Below, piece by piece: positions 48,859-57,108 of a stretch of DNA of 64,000 bases (positions are counted from its first letter, which is position 1; each line of letters begins with the position of its first letter). The stretch lies in IMG/VR virus record IMGVR_UViG_3300046808_000578. The stretch is one strand, 5' to 3'. A program made the translations under genes and the position numbers. Under the pieces are notes generated by a model that saw only the letters and a list, made by a program, of their open reading frames with translations, made no database searches and was not told the origin of the DNA. Source of the DNA: an uncultured virus (IMG/VR IMGVR_UViG_3300046808_000578). Taxonomy: Duplodnaviria; Heunggongvirae; Uroviricota; Caudoviricetes.

Positions 48859-48982
48859 AAAATCCGCATCAGCCAAAGCGTTCAAACAGAACATCAAAAC
48901 TGAAATGCAACGCGGCAAACCCCAAAAGCAAGCTGTCGCAATCGCATACGCAACACAGCGTGCCGCGAAGAAAAAGAAGTGA
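48848..48982 (+). CDS. small basic conserved phage protein (DUF6496-like)
   Basis: MPLKKS...NIKTEM..GKPQKQAVAIAY. Confidence 0.75.
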   Translation: MPLKKSASAKAFKQNIKTEMQRGKPQKQAVAIAYATQRAAKKKK

Positions 48983-49165
48983 GCTCAATTGTCTTGAGAG
49001 GGGGTCATCCGATGAGTACCGTCCCAACTCCTATGACATTTGAGCAAGTACTGCAAAACGCCGAGCGGGCTTTCGAGAACAACGACCCGATCGATAAATT
49101 CACGGTGCTGCAGTTGATTCAAGAAATATACAAATTGAGATCTATAATCGAGCTTAGTAATAAAA

Positions 49166-49615
49166 ATGATAATTCTAGCAATCGACCCCGGAGCTAACGG
49201 CGGTATCGCAATCGACGCAGATGGGGTAGTGGGGCATCAAAAACTCCCATCCACTGACGGGGATCTACTCAACCTGTTATCGGGGTATGGTGGTGAAAAG
49301 AAAAAGGCGTATCTAGAAAACATCGTAAAATACGCTGGTACAAATATGCCGTCATCGTCGATGGCTGTGTACGCTTCCTCTTGGGGAGTGATCAAAGGGA
49401 TGCTGATGGCGCTAGGGTTTGAACTGATCTTGGTCAAACCTCAAGATTGGCAGAAGGCTCTCGGGCTTGGAACTTCCAAGGGGATGAGTAAAACGGAGTG
49501 GAAGAACAAACTCAAAGGAGAAGCGCAAAGGTTGTACCCCGGAGCCGATGTAACCTTGGCTACGGCGGATGCGCTTCTGATGCTACGAGCAGCTAAGAAC
49601 AACCGGATTGGATGA
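49166..49615 (+). CDS. ruvC: RuvC-like Holliday junction resolvase
   Basis: ILAIDPGANGGIA, YLE, PQDWQKALG, ADALL. Confidence 0.85.
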   Translation: MIILAIDPGANGGIAIDADGVVGHQKLPSTDGDLLNLLSGYGGEKKKAYLENIVKYAGTNMPSSSMAVYASSWGVIKGMLMALGFELILVKPQDWQKALGLGTSKGMSKTEWKNKLKGEAQRLYPGADVTLATADALLMLRAAKNNRIG

Positions 49616-52023
49616 AGTCGCTGTACCCGGTACAGGTTGCTCACGCCGATAAGCTAGAGCAAGCCCTGAGGCAGTGTCGCGCAGCATTGGACGCATCCGA
49701 GACTGGGTGCGGTAAAACGGTAGTAGCCGTAGAATTGGCGAACAGATTGAAGCTGCCGACAGTGGTGGTTTGCCCAAAGGCAACTATCCCGGCATGGCGT
49801 AAAGAGCTCGATCAGAAAGGGCTCAAAGCCACAGTCATCAACTACGAGAAGCTCAAGACTGGTAATACCCATCTCGGTAGGTTCATGCAACGCCGATGGG
49901 AGTGGACCTTCGTCACCAACTCCGAGGCTCTGATTATCTGGGATGAAGTGCAGAGATGCATGAGCATGTCGTCTCAGAACAGCAAGATGCTGGTTGGATC
50001 CAAGAAACTCTACAACCTGATGCTGTCAGCAACAGCGGCAGAAGATCCTACCGAGATGAAAGCCCTTGGGTACATCCTCGGGATTCATCAGATCAAGGAC
50101 TACTGGAACTGGCTCAGAAAACACGGATGCAAACCCAACCCTTGGGGCGGCATGGAGTTCAAGGGAGGTCCGAAGGAGTTGATGAAAATCCACGATCAGA
50201 TTTTCAACAACGGGAAAGGATCCCGACTCAAGGTCGAGAACATGCGGGAACACTTCGGGGAGTCGCAAGTGATCACCGAACCAATCGACTTCGGAGACGA
50301 AGGCGAAATCCAGAAGCTGTACGCGGCCATGGATGAGGAGATCACCGAACTGAACTCCCAGATGCAGGACGACAAGAACGGGGCTGAAGGGTTGGTGAAG
50401 CAGCTCAGAGCAAGGCAAGCCGTCGAACTACTCAAGATCCCGTACATCGTCGAAGCCGCCGAGGAGGCACTGAAGGAAAAACGCAGCGTTGCCATATTCG
50501 TCAACTTCAACGCCAGCGTAGACGCTCTGGCCGAAAGGTTGGGGACGGACTGCTTCATCCGAGGAGGGCAGTCGGACTGCGAACGCCAAAACGCGATACA
50601 CCAATTCCAGTCAGGAACACGCAGGGTCATCATCTGCAACATCGCCGCTGGTGGTACTGGGGTATCACTCCACGACGAACAGGGCACCCACCCAAGAACG
50701 GCGCTTATCAGCCCAAGCTTCAACGCAAAAGAACTGCTGCAAGTCATGGGACGAGTTCACCGGGCTGGGGGAAAAAGCACCTCATTGCAGCGGATCCTGT
50801 TCGCCGCAGGTACAATCGAAGAGAAGATTGAGGAGTCCATCCGAAAAAAGCTGAAAAACCTTGAAATCTTTAACCAAGGAGGCTTGACATCTTCCACTGA
50901 AGAACCTAATAAACAGGACACACAAATGCATAACATCGAGACAAAAACAGAACCTGATCATCAAAGTAGAGCACACGCAAGGTACTCTCCGTCGAGCCTG
51001 ACTTACCGCGAAATCTGCCCCGGCTGGGAGAACGACAACGACCCAGACAGAGACACGACTGCTGCGGACGAAGGTACCCGGTGTCACGAGGCAATGGAGA
51101 AAGAGTCCACGGTAGGTCTGACGGAGGAGCAAACGCTCATCGTCGAGATGTGCCTTGGTTACATCAACGACTTGAAGACACCCACAACCAAAGTCTTCAA
51201 AGAAACCCGCCTGAAGATCTTGGATCAGTTTGGGACTGCTGACTGGGTGCTGCTCAACGGGACGAAGGCACACCTCGTAGACACCAAGTTTGGCAGAAGG
51301 TCTGTACCTGACGCTGAAGTCAACGCACAGCTTCAGGCTTACGCGATTGGAGTGTGGGACAAATGGCCAGAGATTGACACCATTACGGTGCACATCCTGT
51401 TGCCTAGGAGAGACGAGGTAAGCACCCACACCTTCTCACGTGGTTCGGACTACTCAAATATCCGCCTGCGCATTCAGACGATCATCGCCCGCGCAAAACA
51501 AGCCCTGCCAGAGTTCTTCAATCCAACCCCATCCGGATGCACCTACTGCGGAAGGAAAGGTAAGTGCGGAGCCCTTGCAGCCGTGGCCCTCAAAAAAGCA
51601 AAAGAGGCAACGCTGGAAAAAGATGAGATTCTGGACCCATCAAAACCAGAACAGATTTCGGAGTTCCTACGTATTGCGCCGATCCTTGAAGACTGGATCA
51701 AGAAGGTTCGAGAAGAAGCCCTGCGTGTGCACTTGTACGAAGGTGTGGAAATCCCGGGCTTTCGATGCGTAGATCGATCCACTCCGAGAACCATCACAAG
51801 CCCAATGGGGGCGTGGTCAATCCTTCAAGACAAGATGTCCTTGGACGACTTCATGGCATCTGTGTCGCGAGTTTCAATTACGGAGCTCGAAAAAAATTTC
51901 TCAGCGTCTGCTGAAAAAGGCCAGAAAGGCAAGAGTAAGCAGCAGCTAGAAAATCTTCTTAGAGATGCGGGTGTGCTCAAAGAAGAATCAACCATCAAAT
52001 ACCTGAAACCAATCAAAGACTGA
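49612..52023 (+). CDS. SNF2-like helicase in frame with a Cas4-like PD-(D/E)XK nuclease (DUF2800-like)
   Basis: ETGCGKT, DEVQ, SAT, QVMGRVHR; then HARYSPSS...EGTRCHE...GTAD...DTKFG...QLQAY...CTYC...C. Confidence 0.85.
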   Translation: MKSLYPVQVAHADKLEQALRQCRAALDASETGCGKTVVAVELANRLKLPTVVVCPKATIPAWRKELDQKGLKATVINYEKLKTGNTHLGRFMQRRWEWTFVTNSEALIIWDEVQRCMSMSSQNSKMLVGSKKLYNLMLSATAAEDPTEMKALGYILGIHQIKDYWNWLRKHGCKPNPWGGMEFKGGPKELMKIHDQIFNNGKGSRLKVENMREHFGESQVITEPIDFGDEGEIQKLYAAMDEEITELNSQMQDDKNGAEGLVKQLRARQAVELLKIPYIVEAAEEALKEKRSVAIFVNFNASVDALAERLGTDCFIRGGQSDCERQNAIHQFQSGTRRVIICNIAAGGTGVSLHDEQGTHPRTALISPSFNAKELLQVMGRVHRAGGKSTSLQRILFAAGTIEEKIEESIRKKLKNLEIFNQGGLTSSTEEPNKQDTQMHNIETKTEPDHQSRAHARYSPSSLTYREICPGWENDNDPDRDTTAADEGTRCHEAMEKESTVGLTEEQTLIVEMCLGYINDLKTPTTKVFKETRLKILDQFGTADWVLLNGTKAHLVDTKFGRRSVPDAEVNAQLQAYAIGVWDKWPEIDTITVHILLPRRDEVSTHTFSRGSDYSNIRLRIQTIIARAKQALPEFFNPTPSGCTYCGRKGKCGALAAVALKKAKEATLEKDEILDPSKPEQISEFLRIAPILEDWIKKVREEALRVHLYEGVEIPGFRCVDRSTPRTITSPMGAWSILQDKMSLDDFMASVSRVSITELEKNFSASAEKGQKGKSKQQLENLLRDAGVLKEESTIKYLKPIKD

Positions 52024-52029
52024 TACATT

Positions 52030-52773
52030 ATGGCCATCACATCGTTCAAAAAAGCAACCGTTGAAGTAGACGCGGAAGTTGTTTCGCAGGAAACAGCCGT
52101 CGCAAAAACTCCAGAGCCGACTCCATCCACCGCATTGGTGGTGCAGCAATCCACAGCAAACAACGGGATCGAGGGGGAGATTTCTCGGCACGACATCAAG
52201 CTGCCGCGCATCAACCTCGTGCAGAAGGTCGGAGATCTGAGCAACCTCTTCACACCGGGGATGTTCCTCTTCAACAAAGAAGTCGTCCTCTCAAACGGTA
52301 AGACTCCGTTTCAAACCACCGTTCTTCGTCTGAAAAAGCAGTACCAGCAAGATCTGCCGTACGGCTCAGAAGATATGCCACAGTCGTACGATACCGCTGA
52401 AGAAGTCATTTCTTCAGGTGGCTCCCTCAAATACGGTGATGACAACTACTACAAGGAGATTGCCCACGTTCAGTTGGCGATCGAGAAACCCTCTGACTGC
52501 CCTGAGGAACTGGAAGGGTTGTTCCCACACGAACTGAACGACAAGCAGTACGGAGTGGCGATCTGGACTCTCACAGGATCCGCATTCACTTCCGCTGGGA
52601 AAACGCTGATCACCGCAGGGTACACGCTGCTAAAAGCAGGTCTTCACCATGGGAAATTCTCGGTCACCAGCGAGATCAAGAAGAACGCCAAGAACTCGTG
52701 GTTTGCTCCAGTACTTAAGTTCGCTGGTAAACATACCCCGGAAGAAATCGCGTTCTTTGAATCCATCAAGTAA
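52030..52773 (+). CDS. putative single-stranded DNA-binding protein
   Basis: DIKLPRINLVQ...KNSWFAP pattern; between nuclease and polymerase. Confidence 0.6.
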   Translation: MAITSFKKATVEVDAEVVSQETAVAKTPEPTPSTALVVQQSTANNGIEGEISRHDIKLPRINLVQKVGDLSNLFTPGMFLFNKEVVLSNGKTPFQTTVLRLKKQYQQDLPYGSEDMPQSYDTAEEVISSGGSLKYGDDNYYKEIAHVQLAIEKPSDCPEELEGLFPHELNDKQYGVAIWTLTGSAFTSAGKTLITAGYTLLKAGLHHGKFSVTSEIKKNAKNSWFAPVLKFAGKHTPEEIAFFESIK

Positions 52774-53333
52774 TGAACTCAACGCTCATGACTGACCAAA
52801 TCAAAACGCTGGTTAGCTTGATGACTCAAGTGCGGGATAAGACTTGCGTGGAAGTACGAAACAAATCCCTCATGGAGTTCGTACAGACGTATGGTCTAAG
52901 CGGACCTGAGTTCGATGAAGTACTCGCATCAGCTCTGGCAACAAAAGGCTTCGATAAGGGTAAGCCCTTTACCACTACGCTGAATCAGGAAACGCGAATA
53001 GTAACGTACTCGCAGAAAAATGACAGTGATTTGCTTCTCGACAAAATCTGTGAGGCATACGATATCACCACAGACATGGGTCGATTGGCCCTTAAAGAAG
53101 CTCTGAAAAACCTGAATCTGTTTGACCGTAAACAACGGGATTACGGAAGTGGGAACATTGCAGACTTCGGTGAGATGGGTGTCTTGATTCGACTGAACGA
53201 TAAGATCAATCGGCTCAAGAACCTTCTCAAATCGCAAGCATCGGCAAACTTCGAGTCCGTGTCCGATACTTGGGATGACATCTCGAATTACGGACTCATT
53301 GGTAAACTATGCAACCTGAAGTTATGGAAGTGA
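52773..53333 (+). CDS. DUF1599/nucleotide-modification-associated domain protein
   Basis: RKQRDYG...IRLNDKINRL...ESVSDTWDDISNYG. Confidence 0.78.
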   Translation: MNSTLMTDQIKTLVSLMTQVRDKTCVEVRNKSLMEFVQTYGLSGPEFDEVLASALATKGFDKGKPFTTTLNQETRIVTYSQKNDSDLLLDKICEAYDITTDMGRLALKEALKNLNLFDRKQRDYGSGNIADFGEMGVLIRLNDKINRLKNLLKSQASANFESVSDTWDDISNYGLIGKLCNLKLWK

Positions 53334-53575
53334 TCATCGACTCCAACATCGAAATCCCGGCACAGGAAACTCGTGGCCGTTGGAAAAAGGCGCACGCCAA
53401 GTACCCAATGTCGAAGCTGAACGTCAAAGACTCGTTCTGGGTACCCAAAGCGCAGGGCCCCTCAATGCGGTGCACGGCATCTCGGTTTAAGCGGCAGAAC
53501 CCGGGGTGGAACTACACCGTCCGGTCTGAACAGAACGCAGGAGAAGACGGTTGCCGTATCTGGCGTACAGCCTAA
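53324..53575 (+). CDS. small putative DNA-binding phage protein
   Basis: NIEIP...KYPMSKLNVKDSF...RIWRT pattern. Confidence 0.65.
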   Translation: MEVIIDSNIEIPAQETRGRWKKAHAKYPMSKLNVKDSFWVPKAQGPSMRCTASRFKRQNPGWNYTVRSEQNAGEDGCRIWRTA

Positions 53576-53583
53576 ACAAATCC

Positions 53584-53717
53584 GGGGTTTGCTCGTATAG
53601 TGTCGTAGGAGATCTACGAACAGGTTACCTCAGTTGTGTTGTGCTGGGGTAGGGACGCGCGGAGTGGGTCCGCATAATCTCTTAACCGTTGTTAAATCGA
53701 GCAAACCCCCTTTTTTT
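53584..53717 (+). ncRNA. candidate structured small RNA (five-way junction ending in U tract)
   Basis: 12-bp closing helix GGGGTTTGCTCG/CGAGCAAACCCC enclosing four hairpins, then T7. Confidence 0.6.
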
Positions 53718-53727
53718 ACCCTAATAC

Positions 53728-55617
53728 ATGAGTACTTACGCGATTGATTTTGAAACCTTTTATTCTAAAGAATATTCAGTTACTGATCTTGGATATTACC
53801 ACTACGTAAATCACCCGGAATTCGATGCCTACATGGTTAGTATCGTAGGGGATGATGGCAACGAATACGTAGGGCCCCCCAATGGGTTCGACTGGGCGTG
53901 CATAAACGGGACCGTGTGGCTCTCGCACAACGCGAACTTCGACGGCATGGTCTACCAGAGACTCGTGGAAACCGGGGTGATCAGAGACTCGGTTCCATGC
54001 GAGTGGCACGACACAGCAGATTTGGTGGCTTACATGGGCGCACCAAGATCTCTCAAGGCCGCGATCGGCGCGTTGTATGGCGAGGAGGTCAGCAAGACTA
54101 CCCGCGACAACATGGCAGGGAAGCAGTGGAACGACATGCCTGAGTCGTTCAGACAAGAAGTAGCCGAGTACGCACTCAAGGACTCACGGTACTGCTTGAA
54201 GATCTGGAAGGACCACAGCCACAAATGGCCCCTGCACGAGAGGAAGTTGTCGAAACTTACCAGAGACATGTGCTGGGTTGGACTGCCTGTAGACCGCGAA
54301 GGTGTTGAGGAAGACATCCGCACACTGCAGCTTCTACTGTGGGAAACCCGCAAACGCATCCCGTGGGCAGATTCCGAAGACGCTGCGGTATTGAGCCCAA
54401 AGGCGTTGGCGGAAGAATGCCGTAAGCATGGGATCCGCGCCCCGCTGAGTCTGGCAAAAGACTCTGAAGACTTCGACAACTGGAAGAACGAGTTCTCTGA
54501 AAAGCACCCGTTCGCACAGGCAATGAGCGACTACCGCCGAATCAATGCCCTGTTGCTGAAGTACAAGACGATGGAAATGCGAATTCGTTCAAACGGGTTC
54601 ATGGGCTACGGAATGAAATACTTCGGTGCTCACACAGGACGATGGAGCGGAGACACAGGCTTCAACGTCCAGAACATGCCAAGAGCAGAACTGTTTGGTA
54701 TCAACCTCAGAAACCGCATCAAAGCCCCAGAAGGGAAAACCTTGGTGGTGTGTGACCTGTCCAACATCGAACCACGGTGTCTGGCTGTGCTGTCTGAGGA
54801 TACAGGCATGCTGACTGCCCTGCGTTCAGGGATGGACATCTACGAGGCACACGCCCGGGCGACTCTGAACTACACGGACAGCAGACCATTGAAGGAAGGA
54901 GACCCACTACTAAGGCAGGTGTCCAAAACACGGGTCCTCGGGCTAGGGTACGGGTGCGGATGGCACAAATTCGTCACCTTTGCCGAACAGCTTCTACCGC
55001 CGGAAGTGTACGAAAGTGTGTTCGGAGCGGAAGTATCCAAATCCGACAGAGTGAAATTCGTGGCTGCTCTGTCCAAGAGTAAGAAAAACGCGGATAAGCT
55101 GGAGCTGTTTAAGAGACTGCCAGAACCAAAACAGCGGTACTGGGTGAACTCTTGGAAGCAGGTTGAGGCGTACAGGGAATCCAACCCTGCGATCACGGAG
55201 TTCTGGAAAATGCTGGAACGGGACTTCAAGGCATCCGATGGGAAGCCGAACTACACCATCGAACTCCCGAATGGGCGTGTGCTCAAATACACCTCCCCTA
55301 AAAGCTACGGAGGTTCCAGCGCCCTGATGCAGCGGATGGGGAAGATGATGCGTGTTGCAATTCACGGAGGCATCCTCACAGAAAATGTTATTCAAGCAGT
55401 TGCACGTGATGTATTCGCAGACTGCTTACTGCGACTCGACCAAGCGGGTATTCAGGTGATCATGCACGCGCACGACGAAGCGGTTTGCATGGTGGACACA
55501 GACAAAGCCGACGAGAAGCTCAAGCTCATCGTGGACATCATGAGCACCCCGCCAACGTGGATGCCGGATCTGCCTCAAGCCGCAGAAGGAAAAACCACCG
55601 TCAGGTACGTAAAGTAA
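53728..55617 (+). CDS. polA: family A DNA polymerase with 3'-5' exonuclease
   Basis: DFET and HNANFD exo motifs, HTGRWS, motif A DLSNIEPR, motif B RQVSKTRVLGLGYG, motif C HAHDE. Confidence 0.93.
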   Translation: MSTYAIDFETFYSKEYSVTDLGYYHYVNHPEFDAYMVSIVGDDGNEYVGPPNGFDWACINGTVWLSHNANFDGMVYQRLVETGVIRDSVPCEWHDTADLVAYMGAPRSLKAAIGALYGEEVSKTTRDNMAGKQWNDMPESFRQEVAEYALKDSRYCLKIWKDHSHKWPLHERKLSKLTRDMCWVGLPVDREGVEEDIRTLQLLLWETRKRIPWADSEDAAVLSPKALAEECRKHGIRAPLSLAKDSEDFDNWKNEFSEKHPFAQAMSDYRRINALLLKYKTMEMRIRSNGFMGYGMKYFGAHTGRWSGDTGFNVQNMPRAELFGINLRNRIKAPEGKTLVVCDLSNIEPRCLAVLSEDTGMLTALRSGMDIYEAHARATLNYTDSRPLKEGDPLLRQVSKTRVLGLGYGCGWHKFVTFAEQLLPPEVYESVFGAEVSKSDRVKFVAALSKSKKNADKLELFKRLPEPKQRYWVNSWKQVEAYRESNPAITEFWKMLERDFKASDGKPNYTIELPNGRVLKYTSPKSYGGSSALMQRMGKMMRVAIHGGILTENVIQAVARDVFADCLLRLDQAGIQVIMHAHDEAVCMVDTDKADEKLKLIVDIMSTPPTWMPDLPQAAEGKTTVRYVK

Positions 55618-56528
55618 TGAAAAAGATTCTGTTCTACATCCATAACGGATGGGTTTTTGGTAAGTACCACAACGAGTTAATCAAAGTACTATACCCAGAG
55701 TTCTACTGCGACATCATGTGCTGGACGCGGTCGATGAGCCGAGAGGAAGCCTCTATACTTTCTCAGAAGTATGACCTGATCGTATCCACCACTGATGGGG
55801 CGTTCTTCCTGAACCGAGAGTACGGCATCCCACTCGGCAAGTTGGTCGGCATCGCCCATCAGGACGTGGACATCTACGGCCCCTTGGAGCGAATGCACCT
55901 TCCGCCAGAGGCATTCAACGATCTGGGCGGGTACGCCGTGATCTGGCCGATGGGAGTCAATATCTCGGTCAGTTATGGAATCCCTCGCATTCCCGATGTG
56001 CTTCGGATAGGGGTGTTCCCTGAGATGTATTCGAGATCGGCTCCAACCTCGGTCAAAAGCTTCGGCTACTTTGGACGCCTGACTCGTACAGACCGTGGGT
56101 CGCTTGACGTTAAACGCGGGCACTTGGCCGAAGAGGTCGCGAGATTAACGAACCTGCAACTGAAGAAATGTGACTCGTTACACTTTCTTGCAGCAGATAT
56201 GTTGTATAGAGATGTTGACTTCGTCATGTTTTGCTCTTTAATCGAAGGCAACCCGTACCCAGCTTTGGAAGCCATTGGGGCTGGAATCCCGGTGCTTGGC
56301 ACCAATACAGGGATTTTCCCGGAGTACGCCAAAAACGGATGCGGGGTAGTGCTGCCGTTCAAGGAGAGTGACTTCATCCAAGAAGCCGTAAACACGATTA
56401 ATGAGTGGAAAGAAAACCCAGAAGTTTTCAGAAAGGCGTGCAACAAGGCAGTGCTTGCGCGTAAACAACTGGACTGGGCAACTCTGAAACCCGCGTGGGT
56501 TGAATTCCTAACCAAGCTACTTAAATGA
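55617..56528 (+). CDS. GT-B glycosyltransferase
   Basis: FGYFGR...KRG, CSLIEGNPYPALEAIGAGIPVLGTNTG (EX7E); TAATG overlap with polA. Confidence 0.82.
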   Translation: MKKILFYIHNGWVFGKYHNELIKVLYPEFYCDIMCWTRSMSREEASILSQKYDLIVSTTDGAFFLNREYGIPLGKLVGIAHQDVDIYGPLERMHLPPEAFNDLGGYAVIWPMGVNISVSYGIPRIPDVLRIGVFPEMYSRSAPTSVKSFGYFGRLTRTDRGSLDVKRGHLAEEVARLTNLQLKKCDSLHFLAADMLYRDVDFVMFCSLIEGNPYPALEAIGAGIPVLGTNTGIFPEYAKNGCGVVLPFKESDFIQEAVNTINEWKENPEVFRKACNKAVLARKQLDWATLKPAWVEFLTKLLK

Positions 56529-56818
56529 CCGCGTTCGATGTAATCCTTGCGACATGTATTTCATGGGCAGCGATTATTGCTTTCGTCACATACCGCTTAA
56601 CATCAAAAAGAATGAATACATACACTGAAGAAGACATGGCCGCAGCCTACAAGAAAGGGTTTGAAGCTAGTAACAATCACATGCTGATTCTGGTTACCCT
56701 GATCTGCAAAACAATCGATATCGGTATACGAATGAGGAAATGGTGTGTAGACGAAATTGCCTGCGAAGAGTTTGATAAACTGGCGAAGGACATCGAACAG
56801 GCAACATCCCCTAAGTAA
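56525..56818 (+). CDS. hypothetical membrane protein
   Basis: N-terminal TM helix; overlaps previous stop. Confidence 0.55.
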   Translation: MTAFDVILATCISWAAIIAFVTYRLTSKRMNTYTEEDMAAAYKKGFEASNNHMLILVTLICKTIDIGIRMRKWCVDEIACEEFDKLAKDIEQATSPK

Positions 56819-57099
56819 TGCAGGTAAATACCCGGTGGAACCACACCGTAAAACCATCCGTATTTGAAGTCGTCAAAGGAGGAGCCGTACTTCACAGCGG
56901 ATCTTACAAGGACGGGGTACGCATCTACGAGGTAGAGCTCCGCAAAGAGCGGTTCAGGAACAGCCTGTTCTGTCTTGTCTGCGGCACCCCATTCCAAATG
57001 CCGAAGTACTGGATTAAATTAACATGTTCTCCGAAATGCAGGGCGAAGCATGTCTCTAATCTGATAACAGGTATACCGTTTAAGAAAGCCTACAAGTAA
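56818..57099 (+). CDS. putative zinc-finger protein
   Basis: CLVCG...TCSPKC. Confidence 0.55.
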   Translation: MQVNTRWNHTVKPSVFEVVKGGAVLHSGSYKDGVRIYEVELRKERFRNSLFCLVCGTPFQMPKYWIKLTCSPKCRAKHVSNLITGIPFKKAYK

Positions 57100-57108
57100 C
57101 ACAACGCA

